In this document: piece by piece, positions 61,177-64,000 of the stretch | Layout: every line of letters begins with the position of its first letter | How positions within the stretch are numbered: position 1 is the first letter of the stretch | Assembly: GCA_964247055.1 (NCBI GenBank) | Contig: OZ176051.1 | Coordinates: 11,470,001-11,534,000 of the forward strand | Length of the DNA: 64,000 nt | Direction: 5' to 3' | Source of the DNA: Paragordius varius | Taxonomy: Eukaryota > Animalia > Nematomorpha | Program-made: the position numbers and the translations under genes | The notes under the pieces: model-generated | Database searches by the model: none | The model's input: the letters and a program-made list of their open reading frames with translations, nothing else | What the model was told of the DNA's origin: nothing

Positions 61177-61749
61177 AGAGCAAAAAAGTTTTAAAACGCC
61201 AATGGAAAAAAATTTAATTTTCTGCAAAATGATTTTTCTTTAATTTAATTATACTTTAATTTTAATTATATGTCTACTTTAAAAGTAATTTATAGGCCTT
61301 GAGTTATATAACGACTCTCGTAAATTTTTAATCTAAATTTTGTTTTGATTAACTAATTAAATTATAATAAAATGTTTGTTTTTTAGGTAATTAGATTTTT
61401 ATTGACTAATTATACATTGATAAAAAACTGATATTTTTTTTAACAGAAAATGTTTAGATTAAATAATTATTTTTTGACGTCTTATATATTGGCAAACCTC
61501 TATAAAACCTGAAAACATTATTTAACGACATAAGGGCAATGCTGGAATAAAAACTTATTCTGTGTAAAAAAAATTATATAATTAATGTAAAAAGACGTTT
61601 GGAATTTTTACAAAAATTACTTTGCTAATAAAAATTATAATTAATAATATTTTATTTATTTGTTAACTGCAAAAGGCCAAAACTAATTAGTGTTGTTGTT
61701 GAGATTGAAGTCGATTATCAACCATTAAAGATTTTATAGGAAAACTTTT

Positions 61750-63330
61750 TTAACTCTGTTCTGTCGTGGGTTTATCATTTACCAAATATCTGCTACAGGA
61801 ACCCGCTAAGGGTGGTTACGGTATTGATATCGAGGAATAAATTCGTCATACGCACGGATTGCAACTGAAAAAACTTGATTTAGAACTCCTAATCCGTTTT
61901 TATGACGCAAGAATTGTTGGTGAACAGATAAGTTTTAATACCTTATTCGATATTGTTATGATCAATGGCAATATGTAGTACGGATATTTACCGTGAGGCC
62001 ATCAATCGATGTGCTAAACAAACAATGCTTAGGCTGCAAAAGATGGGGTTTTAATCAAAATGTACCAAACCACAGGAAAGATCAGTAGTATTGCACACCA
62101 ACCACCGAGATAAACGTAAGACTCGAGACGAATTCAGTATGACACCGGGTCGTCCGTATCAATCATCAATCGTTACACCTGAAAAATGGATGACAACAGT
62201 CCAAAACCCAAGAAAGTGGTTGACTATGGGGCAAATGGGAATGTTAAATCTTGAAGAATGGTTAGAATGTGTCGCTTGTAAAAAAGGCCTACCTTTAATT
62301 TTTGGTTGGTATTTGATTAAGGTATTTAACAATATGCATTGAAATTGTGTTTAAACTCTTTAAATAAAAATTAACTTTTTTGTGAAAAAATAGGTAAAGG
62401 GATCCACAGCTAAGTAAGATCCAACCGCTAAAACCATATAAGGAAGAAATAGCATGTTTAGGAAACGCTATTAAACATAGATCCATTAAAGAATACAATG
62501 GGGATCTCAGACTTGGGGCGAATTTAAGAAGTTACTATCTTCAGGTATTTGACGTAGCCACAGCCCTCCTGCGAGGTGGTTTTTTTAAGTAGGGTTGCAT
62601 AAAACCTTTCCATTTTGGACTTAAAGGACTCCTATTACTAAATCCCAATATATAATGAGAGCCAACACCTTTCAACAAACGCAAACTCATTGAGTACCAA
62701 TCAAAGACTCCCTTTCGGGGTATGATCAGAACCCAATATTTATCAACGAGTCATGGATCGATTGATGATCGAGCCCCGCTTCTATAAGATCACGAGTTAC
62801 TAACCGGAACAGATTTAGAGCTAAACAAAACTACATCAAGATTTACGAAAATTGCAAATGCGGTTCTTAAATTCGAATAAGTTTAAGCTTTTCCATCTGC
62901 AGTCGGTTACTTAGGGTCCTAAAAAACAAATGGTAACTCCAAGTCCAAAATAAAGGTCATAAAAAATTACCTAGGGTCGGTTCACCGAATAGTCTCAAAT
63001 CCTTTTTTAGCATATTTGCTTTTAATCTTATTATTTTATCTCTGCATGAGAAGATAATTCCTTTGACGTTTTTTATGCGGACCCAGAGGTAGGGAATGGG
63101 ATTCGATGCACGAACAATGCTATTATTGGAGAAAAAGCTAATTAAAACACTCAAATTAATGACATTTAACCCAGAATTACCGATATAAGGGTTTGGTTGG
63201 CATATATCACATAACGCCTCAAAAAACAAAACAACCAATAGCTCATGCATCAAAGTGCACTGTAGCGGAAAACAACTATTCTATAATACAGTGAGAAGAC
63301 AAGGCGATACTGATTGCTTTTGAGTTTAAA
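61750..63330 (-). mobile_element. Probable L1/Tx1-like LINE remnant (RT C-terminal region)
   Basis: SGLNVINLSVL and PIPYLWVRI resemble GLxIN..KS and PFxYLG of late RT domains. A Cys/His-containing segment lies near 62200. GC-elevated and full of stops. Confidence 0.45.
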
Positions 63331-64000
63331 ACAAATATAGGTAATTTGAATTACAGACCATAAGGCACTGAAATTATTTGGAAATCAGCCCAATTTAAAT
63401 AACTTAAACAATACTAAACTAATCTGGATATATAAAGTGTCTGAATTAATCTATATAAAATACAACACAAAAAAGTTATAATTTAGCAGACCCGCTATCT
63501 CGTTCAATTAGAGACAATAATTTAGAAAATCAAGAGGTTGACTAGTCAGAAAATATTATGCTTATCCGTTGCGAAAATATAAAAATGGAAATAATAAGAG
63601 TAGGTATCAAAAATATCAAAACTTTGAGAGTAAAAAGACTTCAATATCAAATGATCGGTCACATGAGGAATCGAAACTCTTTAGATATATTAGAAACTTA
63701 TTATAAAATTTATGTCTGCTTCTAAACTAGAATGATAGGCTATTAATTCAGAAGGTAGAGCAGGCCAATGAACTATTAAACGTAGGTGACATAGGTAATG
63801 GTATGAAGGAAAAGGCAAAAGATGTTATATATTCGGGTCTAAATAAAGGCATAGCGACTCTCAAATTTCGCCTGAATTGCCAACTCAACTGCCTCAATAT
63901 TATCCCAAACCCTACATATCCATAAATCAAAAATTATTTAGAAACAACTACGTTTAGATATTAGTATTTTTGAATCAATCTTTTATTATATTCCGCTTCA

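Overview
AT-rich metazoan (bilaterian-type) genomic DNA with GT-AG introns and a heavy transposon load; there are no prokaryotic features. Host genes I can support are: (1) an intact 5-exon purine nucleoside phosphorylase (18790-22112, +, 330 aa) with Asp where trimeric PNPs normally have the specificity residue Asn243, plus a ~32-aa insertion in the active-site loop; (2) two paralogous 2-exon genes (33682-34289 and 60605-61176, both -) for secreted proteins I do not recognise, built as signal peptide, 4-Cys motif, Arg-rich segment with a furin-like RTKR site, and Thr/Ser tail; (3) two exons of a Dpr/zig-8-like Ig-domain protein (44017-46576, -); (4) an intronless D2HGDH pseudogene (1-1460); and (5) a few weaker signal-peptide exons. 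Mobile DNA includes a Gypsy pol remnant, RTE and L1-like LINE remnants and two mariner remnants. There are at least five hAT families, several with exact 8-bp TSDs. A non-autonomous Helitron family has six copies, including a 3.3-kb head-to-head palindrome. There is also a tandem foldback element, hairpin MITEs and a minimal Penelope-type hammerhead ribozyme (30806-30849) inside a dead hAT transposase. All identifications are by eye from remembered family motifs. No database search was run, and coordinates of decayed repeats are approximate.
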